Positions 38,696-51,496 are shown, counted from the whole stretch's first letter. The stretch is 63,938 bases of DNA, filler included, from Folioceros fuciformis (GCA_049999805.1; 11 parts of 11 records of this genome joined end to end with filler, not necessarily neighbours in it), one strand, 5' to 3'. The notes: generated by a model not told the origin, from the letters alone. A program made the numbers and translations.

Positions 38696-40943
38696 CTAAG
38701 CGCGGTCTCGGGCTACTCCAACCTCGTACAGATACTCCACAAATTCATCAATTAAATATGGCCAAGCTCCTTCTGCGTCATAATTCGATAGAGAAGGATC
38801 TATAGTCTGCAGCAGAGAAGGAGACAAGTCACATTCATGCACCTAGGCATGCTTTAGCACATGGGCAAGAGCAGGCACGGACCAACCCAGATGAAAAGGG
38901 GCTTACCCTAGAGAATTCCAGAAGCTGCGACCACGTATCCTTCGAGATGGCTTTGTTGTGCTTGGCCTGGAAAGATTACAATAACATATCCACTCTCAAC
39001 GTCACCATCCTCTAGGACTTAAAACTTGGGAAGACACCATCTCCATATCACTTACTTGCAAGAACTGACACCAATTTTCTACTAAGGGCCACGCTCGTTC
39101 TGCAAACAGCAAGCGCCACATGCCAACAGCTGTGTCGAGAGCCAAAGATTTTTGACCCTACAAGATACAGACCACTGGTGGCATCAGCAGCTTCAACCCA
39201 GATACCATCATAAGGACGCCTTTAAGTACAATGTTCCTAAAAAGTGTGAGACCGACCCACCTTTTCCTTGGCCCACCCGAAAGCGAAGTTGTAGATGTCC
39301 CGAAACTTATCTGAAAATACAAGGAGACAGGTGTGAAAATGCACCAATTTACAAGTTCGTTCATAGCAAAGCATATTCCAGCTCATACAGCAGGCCTACT
39401 GTTTTAATTTTTGGGAACTGAAGGAGATCAAACTTGTGAGAGATGGTTTCACAAGATGAGCACTACGGCAGCAGAGGTGAGGACCGTACGTTCATCTTTC
39501 AGCTCTTGCCTTAGCGAGGGGAGCAGATACTTGAGTTTGTCAAGAGAGTCTACGCTGCATAAATAGGAGATCCGATGTTAGGTCGTTGTGATAGATGAAA
39601 TTGAAACCAATTTGTGCATCAGATAAAAGGACCAGCATCTCCTAGGAGAAAGATAATACCCCAAAGAGTGGAGCCCTGCAGTGAACTCCAGCTTTGAGAA
39701 CTCACACATTGTAGCTGCTTTCATATGCCATGAAATGACCAGCTGCAAACAGTTAAATAAGATGTAGCTTAACAATCAGCAACTTTACCACACAGCATAG
39801 TGCTGGAACATGACATACTAGTAGTAGGAACCTGATTATGTGCTTACCATTACAACATCGCCAGGATCTACCTGCACAGAACCGACATGCCAAACACCTC
39901 CGTCAGAGAAGCCTACGGTTGGACCAGAAGGAATCTCACACTTCTCAGAAAAGTTTCGTGCAATTTTACCTGCAAATCATCGCAGAACAACGATACCCCG
40001 TCTACTAAGATCATGTCCGAGTAAGGATCTGCAAAAACACACTGAAGATGAATGGCTGGGTGAAAAAACTAACAGAGAACGGACAATGCTATCTCTGATG
40101 TGGACTTGGTTGGGAAAAATGGATGTCGGAGCTCAAACAGTCTAAATTCTGTGCCTTTATATCTGTTATAAAGTTCTTCAACATGCCGAGGATCCGTTGG
40201 CGGTCTTGATGGGGGCTGGGTGTAGAAGTACTCAAAGGCTCCTTCCAAATTCCAGTCACTTGACTTCAGGGCCGCTAACGCAGCCTTCTCACTGCAACAG
40301 CATGAACGAATACGCTGTGGTCGTTCAAATCATCCAGCCACCGGATCAATCTTCGCTGTGGCAGCAAAACTTCTCATACCTCGCTCCCGCTGCAATTGAC
40401 ATGAATTTCTCAACCTTCTCACGATGTCCCCTCCCTAGCTTGTTCTACAATAGCAGCAGTATGACCAGGCGTTAGCACCGAGAAGAGCCCCTACTAAACT
40501 CATCGTATACGCAATTCCCATACTAGATTCCTACATCCTTAGGAATGGACAGGACAGGAAAGGGAATTTGGGATGGGCATCCTTAGGGTAGCCAGATAAG
40601 GGTCTCAACGAATGCTACAGGCAACTTGTGAACTCTACCCCCATCCAGTGCAAAGCTGCGTTGGCTGCGTATAAATAACCTGTTCACCTTACTTGTGAAC
40701 TCAGGTCCAACAATTGTGCTCACAGGGACGTGCAACCACATACAAAACCTGCTGCTCACAGAGGCCAAGAGTACTAACTCTTGTCCTAGCTTAGTATCCC
40801 TAGGGTTTAGGGTTGAATAAGGCTAGCGGGCATTTGACCCGACAATTTCATCGATTCAGAAGTTCTGTGATGGCTCGGATTGCACTGGTAAGCACCAGCG
40901 CAGATGTGCGGCACTAAAGTAAATAGCGGTGCCGACTCACCAT
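38696..40943 (-). CDS. DCN1: DCN1-like protein (defective in cullin neddylation 1), multi-exon with ATG-only first coding exon
   Basis: [81 protein letters not shown]|gtgagt at 40943-40935. Confidence 0.95.
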
Positions 40944-42126
40944 CATTTCAACAGCCACAATTGGCACAAACCACGCGCCCTCCTTGTCTCCAGAAACCTT
41001 CGCATAAAGGGCCCAGCTTATGGAAACTGTCGCAGATGGGCTGACTTGTGGACGCCGCGCAGCATAAATGAACCAAGAGTCCCTGCAGCAGTCGCAAGCA
41101 GAACCATTGCAGAGCCGACTCCATCACCCTGCGGAAGGTTGGACAACATTTCGTGCAACGAGTGCTGCATCTAGACAAGACCACATACCGGAGTGAGTAA
41201 TCTGCGGCCACGAGGGCGTCACGCTTCCCGAGCGCACTGAGAGCCCCAAGAAGACGAGCCCACCCGACCTCGTTGTCGACCACGATCCAGCCAGCTTCAC
41301 AGAAACCCCAGCCAGCTTTAGGCGACTAAGAGCTATGCACTTCGAAATGCCAAGGTTCAAGTGGTGGTGTTTTTCGTGCTGTTCGTAGTTTCATGACACT
41401 TGTGGACCCTTGCTCGTCTGTGCCTCCCAAGCCATGCCCTTTTTGTGGTCCTACATGGGGTTACTTTTCCACACGGCTTTAGCCGGTGTGCCGGGCTGCT
41501 TTGGTGTGTCAGCTTGGAACATCCTGCTGCTACGTTCCATGAGTGGCGGAGCAAAAGCGCTATATGCGCGCTGCAGATCTGCTTGGATATCAGTTACCCT
41601 TGTTTGTGGCCCACAGCATGCTCAGCACAGGAATGTCTGACTATGTATGAGACGATGCATTCATTGCGATGCATCTAGGTTCTTCCTGTCTGCTGTGTGC
41701 CAGCATGATCCGCTCCCGCAACAATGGATGTAGATACGAGTGTGTGTACGTGATTTGGGAGCTAGACTTGTGCACCTTCTCTAACTGCGCCCACCTACTA
41801 ATGGATCGAATTCAACAGAGATTAATACATTTAAATAATTTACTTAAAATCCATATTTTGAGTCTGTCTGAAAGATCATCTTTTTATGTGCCAATGTGAA
41901 AAAGAACCTGGTATGGACTGACCTCAGTTAGCGATTGTGTGTCAATATCAACAACAACTACTTGATGATATTGATATAATACAATATAACAGACTCTTTT
42001 GAGTACTGATTTTTAAAAAAAATTAAAGATATAAATTCATTTACAATAAAGTAATATTACCTTCTCTATTAAGTACTAAAATTTTGATAAATCATAGAAA
42101 AATAAATTACTTTGATTAGATCAATA

Positions 42127-43836
42127 TTAAAAATAATTCCACCTAAGAAACTCATGTGTGGGATCAACATGGTTGGTGAGCAAACTTCGAATTCTTGCCA
42201 TATTAAGCTCATTATCAGTGGTGATTCGAATTTGAGCACAAAAGGTGTGTGTGTTTGTTCCATGTGGTGGTGGGTTATTGGGATCAATAGCTTGTAGATC
42301 AAAATCACCTTGGTTTTCCATGATGATGTCTAGCATCTCGTTAATAAGAAAAGGATCAAAAATGTTACCTATCACATGGATTGTAGACGAAACAAGCTCT
42401 GAAGGTGAGGAAATATTTGTTTTGTCACTATCCACTTTTGCCAATGTTAATGCTGCAACAGCTTGCTGCTGAATAAGGTGATCAAAAAGAGGATTAAGCC
42501 GTCCTCTTGAAACAACACATGCATTTTGTATCAAAAGTGGCATTGTTTGTAGAGTCAAATTACATGTCATTGCTTCAAGTAATGGTGCAATAGCATCGCT
42601 GAAGTGTTCAGTTGCTTCGCGAGGAAATTCTGTCGGGAGCACATCCACGGCTAGAACTATAATTCCATCGCCTTCCATATTGCCGTGATAAGAAGTCGTG
42701 AGGGGATTATATCGGAAAAAAGGTTTATCTATACTGGTTTGTACATAAACACATTCAATGGAGCCATTGAGATCACAAGAAATGTCCGCAACACCCAACA
42801 AAAGTATTCGAGAATCAAAGTCGGGGTCGCTCTCTTTGATTAGGAATAGCTTTTGTAGTTGTTCATTTGTTAGTAGACGAGGGAATCTAGGCTCCCAATA
42901 CATACAGTTGATGATAAAGGAGGTGTAAGGGGCAACATTAGTATGAAAAACAGAGTGATATTCTTCTGGATTAGCATAATAATGTGCTTTGTCAAAGTCC
43001 TTGCGATTAGGATTGTTATGTTCAACCATGTGTGAAGCATCTATCAAACATCCAAAGACCTTGAACCTATTGCTTTGTTCTGCATTAAGGGTGTTCTTGA
43101 CCAAATTAGGAAGCTCTTTGGCATCCACGAAAGAATGTGGCAAAAGCTTAAAAATCTCCATAGCACCTTGTCCTACATTTCCACACGCCGTAAACACAAA
43201 GACTAGAGGACAAATAGCAGAAGGCAACCCAGTATGTTTAATCTCTTCTCCTAGAGCTAGTACAGCCTCGCTAGCCTTACTCAAAGAAGGGTACATGTGA
43301 GCAAAGCCTAATCCCAAAAAAGGGGTTGAAAAGCCTAAGTTCAGGAACCTCTCCCCTATCCCTCTTAGAAAGTCCAACATCCCCGCCCTACCTGCAAATT
43401 CTCCAAACGCAACTACTCGCTTGCCCTCTTTTGTGGCCATAAGCTCATAGTCGAATAATGTAACATCCTTTTCCAACACTTCACCTAGCAGTCCCATGTT
43501 ATGAGGTTGTCCTTTGTGTGTGTGTGAAAAGAATGCATAAGAACGTTGTGGTAAAATAGTACCAAGTTTTGGGCTCTTCACTCCTAGAATCAGACCGCAC
43601 TGTGACATGTCTTCACTTACCTCACATCCTGCTTCCTCATAACTTAAGTTTTGGTGTATGCGTTTTGTACATGGTTGGATTATGATTTTTTGAATTCCTT
43701 GGCTTGTAGGTTCTTGTTTTCTTCTCCTTAAGAGCTCCAAGCAATGAAATGGAGTGAGTGGAGCCCTTCTCTCCCATTTATTTTCTTCTTTCAAAATCCC
43801 CACCACTCCATTTCCATACATCTTCACTTCTTTCAA
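42127..43836 (-). CDS. LKR: Intronless monofunctional lysine-ketoglutarate reductase (LKR domain plus plant linker domain, no SDH), 569 aa
   Basis: GNGVVGIL..NKWERRAPLTP, FFSHTHK, DYEL, FAGRAGM, STPFL, INCMYWEPRFPRLLT, DISCDLNGSIE, AVDVLPTEF, GNIFDPFLINEMLDII; one uninterrupted ORF. Confidence 0.93.
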   Translation of the reverse strand: MKEVKMYGNGVVGILKEENKWERRAPLTPFHCLELLRRRKQEPTSQGIQKIIIQPCTKRIHQNLSYEEAGCEVSEDMSQCGLILGVKSPKLGTILPQRSYAFFSHTHKGQPHNMGLLGEVLEKDVTLFDYELMATKEGKRVVAFGEFAGRAGMLDFLRGIGERFLNLGFSTPFLGLGFAHMYPSLSKASEAVLALGEEIKHTGLPSAICPLVFVFTACGNVGQGAMEIFKLLPHSFVDAKELPNLVKNTLNAEQSNRFKVFGCLIDASHMVEHNNPNRKDFDKAHYYANPEEYHSVFHTNVAPYTSFIINCMYWEPRFPRLLTNEQLQKLFLIKESDPDFDSRILLLGVADISCDLNGSIECVYVQTSIDKPFFRYNPLTTSYHGNMEGDGIIVLAVDVLPTEFPREATEHFSDAIAPLLEAMTCNLTLQTMPLLIQNACVVSRGRLNPLFDHLIQQQAVAALTLAKVDSDKTNISSPSELVSSTIHVIGNIFDPFLINEMLDIIMENQGDFDLQAIDPNNPPPHGTNTHTFCAQIRITTDNELNMARIRSLLTNHVDPTHEFLRWNYF

Positions 43837-44857
43837 ACTCTCTTGTTAATAAACATACATAAACTAAGGATAAGATACCTCTATTTGGAAACCAAGATCA
43901 CCAAAGAAATGTTGTTTAGATCTCACACTACAACATGTTTATACTTGCTAGGTCTGATTAGAGTTTATAAAACATTGTTTAACATTTTTTTTATCGGTTG
44001 ATTTTTATCATAGTTTATACTTGTTAAGTAAATTTTAATCACTATCACCACAAGTTCACATATTTTGATTCAGAGTAGATGATATTAATGATATGTTACA
44101 AGAACTGCATTGCATGAAGAAGCTAAGCTAATGCATGATGCTATTTTATGATGTGAATACAAAATATAGTATTTTAGAACCTAGTGTTATATTTTATAAT
44201 TAGGGTTTTCTTGGTATGAAATTTTGAGCTTTCTCTCATTGTTTATTATTATTATTATTATATTCCATTTCAAACTTGAGTGACATGCCCACTTCCACCT
44301 TTAAACTTGAGAGATATATATAATTGATTTGCATTTATTTTGACAGGTAAGTATGATCAAAATTAGAGTGTATAATTGTTTTGAGATATACATATGCCAT
44401 GATTTTTTAAAATTCTTTGTTTTTTATTAGGTTATTGGATTGTAGGTTGTAGTCAATATAATATCTTCATAAGAATAAAAATAATTCTTTTGTGTGTCAA
44501 GGCTTTTTTTATATCAAACCAAGTACACCCAGACAAACAAACAAACATGTTCTATTGTGAGACCTAAATGCAGCTGTGCTGATGCTATAATGCCATGAAT
44601 TATACATAAAATTTAGAGAGCAAATATAAAAGTTAGGCTTTTTTGAGAAAAAAAAACACAACTTTTATTATCTATTTTTATAAATTAGGTTTATAAACCA
44701 GAAGATAAACGTGTTTCAACTAACTATCTTGTTATGCATGTGCGAAGCGTGTAGCTAGTAGCTAGCTCTTCGACGGGGACAAAGGTGTAACGATGTGATC
44801 GATGGGATGCGCGATGAGGATGAAAACGGATTGAAATTGTAGCGTCCTCGGAGGGCG

Positions 44858-46552
44858 ATGGCTCTATCAGCACAAAAGTATGATCCGAGCAAGGCCAAGG
44901 CGCCTCTGGAAGCCACAGTGGAGGGTGCACCTTCCTCGTCCGACCCTTACTTCAAGGGGAATTTCACAGTTGCACTTGGCCGGCAGGAGCCGCTGGAAGT
45001 GAAGGGAACGAGCTCCCGAGCCCTGGGAGCGCTGAAACAGGGGCCCAAGAAAGAGCAGGGGCACACCCAAGTGAAGCTGTCGGATCACCACTCCATCTGC
45101 ATCTCAGCGAGGGGGGTGGAGGTGGCGGTCGGCTCGGCAGATTCCGCTGTGTACATCGTGAATGTGGAGACGGGCAAGTTCGTGAGGACGATGGGGAGCA
45201 AGGAGTTCGGGCATACGGAGTGGGTCACATGCCTGGAGTACATGGAGAACGGTCGCATCTTCAGTGGAGGCATGGACAGCAAGCTGTGCCTGTGGGAGAA
45301 GAACGTCCCGAGGTGCAGCTACATGGTGGGCCACAACTCGGCCATCTCGGGCTGCCAGGCCATGGCGGCCAACGATGTGGGGGTGAGCTCCAGCTACGAC
45401 GGCACGTTGAAGGTGTGGGATCTGTCCAAGACCTTCAACGAGTACAAGCGCGGGGTCCCGTGCTTGGGCACGCTCAAGGGGCATCACGGGCCGGTCACGA
45501 AGTTCGTTCTTGGCGTCCAGGAGAGCAGCATCGTGAGCGGATCCAAGACCGGGGAAATCATCCTGTGGGACGGCGCGGAGGGGAGGCCGCTTATGCACTG
45601 CGTGGATGCGCACAACGGGGCTGTCACAGCGATCGTGAGCATGGTGGGCGGTAACAAGGCGGACAGGGAGAGTGCGGGAACCGGGGAAATGTTTCTCACG
45701 GGAGGCCAGGATGGCATGCTTCAGGTTTGGGACTTCCGCGTGAGCCAAGGACCTGTCTTCTCTGTCAAAGCCCACAGGTTCCCTTCCCTACCCAGTTTGC
45801 AGTGTCTTTCACTCCATCCCTCCCCAGCGTTGAAATTGGTCTCTGGGGAAAGAGAAATTTTGCGTATACGCATCACTTGCTGTAGCTGGCTTCGCTCCAC
45901 GTCCACAAATTTCCTGCCTGGGAAACCACGTCTACGCATCAATTGTCGCAGCACCATGACGTCACGGTCGCGTCCTCAGCCTGCCTGCTGATCCCGCACT
46001 TACCCTTGGACCTGATCCTGCTAAATCTTGTGGGCCTTGTTGCTCCAAAGAGTGCCTCCAATGCTGTGTGGCAACTGTACAGGACATTCCAAGGATGTCC
46101 AGTCGCGTTTGTGGGCGTTTCGGTCACTGCAGGTAAGGCTCATGTGGTGACGGCAGGGGGAGATAAGGTGTTGAAGGTTTTGGATCCCCGAGCGTCGTTT
46201 CAGACTGTCCACACCATGCCTGATCACACCAGCAATATCACGGCCCTTCAGGTCTACGGTAACGCCTCCACCTTTCCTTCCAGATGCCAGGTCCCAACCA
46301 ACTTTAAATACTTATTCGGCCATAGGTGCTGGTTGTTTATGCTGACTTGATACAATGTGATGCACGGCAGGTGTACTGCTGTGGAGCGGGGCAGCGGATG
46401 GGAAGGTGCTGCTGCACGAAGTGACCAGTGGCAACTGCTTGTATTGCCTCCCTCCCGTTGCGAAGGGCTCCGTGAGATGCCTCACTCTGGCAGGAGACAG
46501 CAAGCTTGCTGTGGCAGGGGATGACGGAACTGTCGTCATCTACCCCCACTAG
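44858..46552 (+). CDS. WD40-repeat protein; exons approx. 44858-45777, 46083-46258, 46371-46552
   Basis: GH..WD repeats: GHTEWVTCL..SGGMDSKLCLW, SSSYDGTLKVWD, TGGQDGMLQVWD, TAGGDKVLKVLD, SGAADGKVLLH. Confidence 0.88.
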
Positions 46553-48493
46553 TAACGTATCACTCGCTGCACCTGAAACGGCATCACTTGAATCGGACAC
46601 ACATGGTTTGCGTTTCCCACTGGAATCTGCGTTGTCGACACAAATGCTACACAGAAACAGTACCACAGCTTTGTAAGGGCCTCTCAGGCCTCTGTGCCTC
46701 AGGTTCAGTCACCACCCACCACACAGAATCACACCTCACAACGCGGAACCGCTCACAAAGTGAATTCAACCCCCCTGTTTCCACAATCACAAGTCTGAAC
46801 GAATGAAAAGATGATCAGTGGGACCGGTTTCATTGTCAGCAGCTTGGGATTGGGCATGCACTGGGAGGTGATGAAGTCTGCGCACCCTCCTCATCAATCA
46901 TGCAATGTCAGAGGTTGATGAACAGACATTGTCACGCAGGCTGGGGTCACTTTCCTGCGAACGACTGATGACTGCCTTCTCTCCTGCATGAGGGCGCCCT
47001 GTATGAGGGAGCCGGTTTGGGGTAGTTGGCCGACCGGCAGCGTCCAGTGGGTGTCATGAGAGCGGAGAAGTGCTCTCGTACAGCATTTCAATCAGCCAAA
47101 TTGGTTACTAATACCTGGGAGCCTTATCCGATTCCAACTGCCTCTTCCTCCCAGTCTGACTGATTGAGGGGCCTCGCTCACATGACAAGCTGCACTCAAC
47201 CCTCTCAACAATGACAGTCGATGTCAGTCTGCAGTATGCTTTCATTTCCTCCAAGACCTTGCGTGCAGCACCCACTGACCGTGCTGTTGCCATTGCATTG
47301 CTCACGTATCGTGTGGTGAACGTGATTTTGAAGGGAGGAATTTCTGCCACTTGTGCTGCAGTAAACGTCACGCAGCTCTGATATTTCCAGCTTTCTGACC
47401 TCAGATAAGATGATGGAACAAGTTGAAATTACTTTTCCTCACGACTTGACCTGTCAAAATGTATTATACATAGCTGCAGAGCCGTCATTCAACTGCCTGG
47501 CATTCACGAGGGCCTGTGACGAGGATCTCATCAGATCAGCGAGAGCGCGAGCCCGAGCTGCAGCCCATCTGCCAATCCGAATAAGACAACGTCGCCGTCG
47601 CATGCCCTTCTGTCAGTTGTGTTCAAACCATTCCCCAGCAACTTCTTTCAAACGACCTGTGGGACAGCTCTCTGCAACTGCAACTGCAGCTACAACTGCA
47701 ACTACAACTGCTACTGGCACTGCTCTGCGCTTCAAGGGCTGACAGCAAGACTTGGTAAGCCACTGGGTTGACACGCCAAATGTGGGCAGGGAAGCTCCTC
47801 GAGTGTTCGCTTCCACAATTGTGGCATCTCCTCAAGTGGTTCCCTTCACATTGTGATCAGCTCCTCAAGTGTCTCGTTGCACATCTGGGCCCATGCCCAT
47901 GCCCATGCCCTTGTCAAGCTCGTAATCATACTCGGAGATTGTCAGCTGTATCATATCACACCCCCTCCGTATGCTTTTGTACCGGTACCCCCAGCATGTA
48001 TCACATCTCTCGCTTTCCCTCAGCAACTTGTATTGTACCCACGTAGTAACTACGTGTGTAGCTGTCATGGCTGTCAGGCTGTGGTAGCTCTCCAGGTCCA
48101 CCGCTGAGGAAAACCAATTTACCCCGCATCCGCTTGATGCTGAAAGACGGAAATGGGAATGGTAGCTTGGTTGGCTTCATAGCAATGCAGATCCGAAATA
48201 AGATCAGATGCAAAGTTCTAAACAACCGGTGGTCGGGTGCGAATCGAGTCCCGTTGGGTCGCTCCTTCCTTGACTAGCTCTGCTCCGACAAGAAAGTTTC
48301 AACTTCCACATGAATGGCATCACGTTCAAGGTGAGACCACCATGCACCATGGAGCTTTGCATCACAGACCGCCCAGCCATGAGCATGAGAATGAGCATGA
48401 GCATGAGCATACGCCACGCCAGTAGGGATACATAAACCCAGAATCGTGATTCCCTTGGCGGAAAGTATGAAACACAAGCCCTCAAAACTTTAG

Positions 48494-48534
48494 GGCACAG
48501 GCACCGGCACCGGCACCGGCACCGGCACCGGCAC

Positions 48535-48573
<39 letters not shown>
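48494..48573. repeat. (GGCACM)n hexamer microsatellite, ~13 copies
   Basis: Direct reading. Confidence 0.95.
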
Positions 48574-48574
<1 letters not shown>

Positions 48575-49638
48575 CACGAGCAAGACATCCAGAATCCACG
48601 GTCACTGTCACCATGCGAGACGGCCTTGTCCCTGCACTTCCGTGAGTGAATCGGCAGCGGGAAAACTTTCGTTTCGGTTGCAACTTGCACAGCGTACAAT
48701 CAACCCCTGATTCCGTGAGCGTTGCGGGCGAACAGTAACGGTTGGGCTACCGGCTGCAACTGCTGGATATGTGTGAAGGCTGTTGATTCTTTAGGCGTGG
48801 TGGGGGGAATGAGGGACCACATTCCACAGGCTACAGTGGTCCTGGAAATCCACATCCACAACGACCTTGGCCATTACTTTTGCAACCGATTTAACCGACC
48901 GTGCGTCCGAGCTCATCGCATGGAGGAATCTTAGCAGCGAGTTACAAGGCCATAATAGCCGGAAGCGACTGTTCAGGTCATGCATGAGGCAGAAGCGCCC
49001 AGCCCAAGCTGATACAGATATTGGCTGATACATACTGTAGCTATCTATTGCAGCCTTGGATGGAAAAGGGGGGGGTGGGGGAACTAATGGTGAGTTGTGC
49101 TGGAGAAGCATGGGCAATCCGCGTACTCTTTTCAAATGTGGCAAATAGTCTAGATATGCTGCTGGAGCTGGAGTCGGTACACAGTAGAAGGAAGAATCTT
49201 GCTCGTGTCCCGAGGACACGTAGCTGAGTATATCTGCACCTACAGTGGCTTTCAATACCCCTTTTTATGGGAAAGAAAAAGGTTGTGCGATGGGCTGGGC
49301 GTGGAACAGTGGAAAAACCCATGCCGACACCACGAGCACGCCTGCATCAGGAATTGGATTTGCGGTGGACGGAAAAGTAAGTTTGTCGTCGCAGATGCCA
49401 CCTCCGCATATAGGCAGCGAATAATAGGGGACGGAGGCTGGGCCTGGGCCTAGAGGACGGGGAAAAAGGTGGGTTGTGCCGGCTGGACTTGCCTTGGCTG
49501 TTCTCGTCTTGGGGTCTGAGGTGGGTGTGAGATGGGCTNNNNNNNNNNNNNNNNNNNNNNNNNNNNNNNNNNNNNNNNNNNNTTAATTAATTAANNNNNN
49601 NNNNNNNNNNNNNNNNNNNNNNNNNNNNNNNNNNNNNN

Positions 49639-51496
49639 CTCTGTGGTTAGATCTCAATCCATTAGGATGTTACTTGCTATGGGAACGGAACATGATTTGT
49701 ATCTGCATCAACTGGATGTTTGCATAGCGTATTTGTACGGCAAGCTTGAGGAGGAACTTTATATGCAACAACCTAAGGGGTATGTTGATTCTAAATACCC
49801 CAACAAAGTTTCAAAATTTCTCATTTACGGCCTCAAGCAATTTGGTAGAGTATGGTACTTTACCATGCATGTTTATTTATTGGAAATTAACTTTGTACAA
49901 AGTACTGCTAATCCAATATATATATGCTTACCCAAGGCTCCTCATACGTCATTTTGGCTTTATATGTTGATGACGTAATATTAGCCACAAATGATAAGAC
50001 CCTATTAGAACATGTCAAACAGCTTTTATCTAACAAATTTGAAATGAAGGATATTGGTGACTTGAAGTTTTGTTTAGGGATCCAGTTGGTGAGAGCTGAT
50101 GGGGTGATGGCCATACATCAAAACAAGTACATCAAGGAAATTTTGAGTAGTTTCATATGGACGAGGCACGACCAGCCACTACTCTAGCTGCTATGGGTGT
50201 CAAGCTCACTAGTCTTCAATGTGCGCAAACCCCAGAGGAGCAGTTGGATATGCAGGATGTTCCATATAGGCACACAATTGGAAGTCTAATTTTTGTGGCG
50301 AATTAGACCCGACTTGATGTTCAGTATACTGTAAGCACAGTGTCACAATTTTTAGAACGTCTAGGCAAGGCTCATTGGGTTGCCGTCAAGCGTATTTTCA
50401 TATACTTAAAACGCACTCTGACACATGGGCTCATATATAAGCATAGTGGCAAGGCTAAACTCATTCTACAAGGTTTTACAGATGCTAATTGGGCGTCTGA
50501 TGTTGACTCCCGTCACAGTCTCTCCACATATTGCTTTCTTCTGGCAGGAGCTGCCATCAATTGGAGTTGCAAGAAACAACCCTTTATATCTTTGTCTTCA
50601 ACAGAGGCAGAGTATAAATCTCTCAATGAAGCTACCAAGGAAACTGAATGGGAGAATAGGTTTTTACAAGACTTGGGGCAGACACAACAAGACCCTACCC
50701 CCATACGTTGTGACAACATGTCAGCGCTTGCTTTGGTTGCTAACCCTCGTTTCCATGCGCGCACCAAGCATATAGAGATATCCCATCACTACATTAGGGA
50801 TGCTGTGGATAGAGGGGTAACAAACGTTAGCTTTGTTGGAACAGATGATAATGTGGCCGACATTCTAACCAAAGCACTTTCAAAGCCAAAACACTATAAG
50901 CATATGGATCGCTTAGGGCTGGGTGATTACTCAGCATATGTGAATGGCACATAATACATGGGAGAACAAATAACTCAATGGATGAAGCTACATGCAAACA
51001 ACCAATCGTGAGTTATTTATCTTCAAGTTGTTTATTCATGAGTTTTTCTTCAAATTCCGAGCTGCTGCAACTATGCCGCTAGCACATGTGTTTTCTATCA
51101 CATAGTGGGGGACGCCCCATGCATGGAGAATCATTGGCCGTTGGTGGACTATTGGTTTTGTTTTGTTTTGTGGAGATTGCTTAGGACAAACCGATACCTA
51201 AGCGTGAAGCTTGAGAGGGAGTGTTAAGATAACAAGCTCTATCACACTTAGGGGTATATATATTTAATTTAGATTCAATATGTTTAGTCGAAGTGAAATA
51301 ACATGACTCTAGGTCATGAGTATTTAAACACATTTTCGTAAACATTTTTCATTGTATTGTTCATTCAGTTTTGGCAACCAGCGCTTGCACAACCTCCACA
51401 TCTTGCACACCATTTACATGGTCTTCCTCTTTCGTGCATTGTAGCATTCTTTGCGAGAGAATTTTCATTGCTCTACAGTAGCACTTAGGCTAATCA
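49639..51496 (+). mobile_element. 3' part of a Ty1/Copia element: RT, RNase H, PPT (51211-51221), 3' LTR (~51222-51496)
   Basis: HQLDV, YVDD, FTDANW, SSTEAEY, CDN, HARTKHIE, ADILTKAL; TTGAGAGGGAG followed by TGTTAAG. Confidence 0.93.

Noticed and set aside
37058-40943. PAA next to DCN1 as a functional proteolysis cluster
   Set aside because: Two housekeeping genes adjacent in a compact genome; no evidence beyond proximity
41068-41388. Short plus-strand ORF pieces ending WWCFSCCS, divergent from DCN1
   Set aside because: Could not assemble a supported spliced frame or recognise a family
42127-43836. Bacterial origin or contamination for LKR
   Set aside because: Has plant-type N-terminus and linker and lies in an unbroken contig between intron-containing genes; transfer from another plant is not excluded
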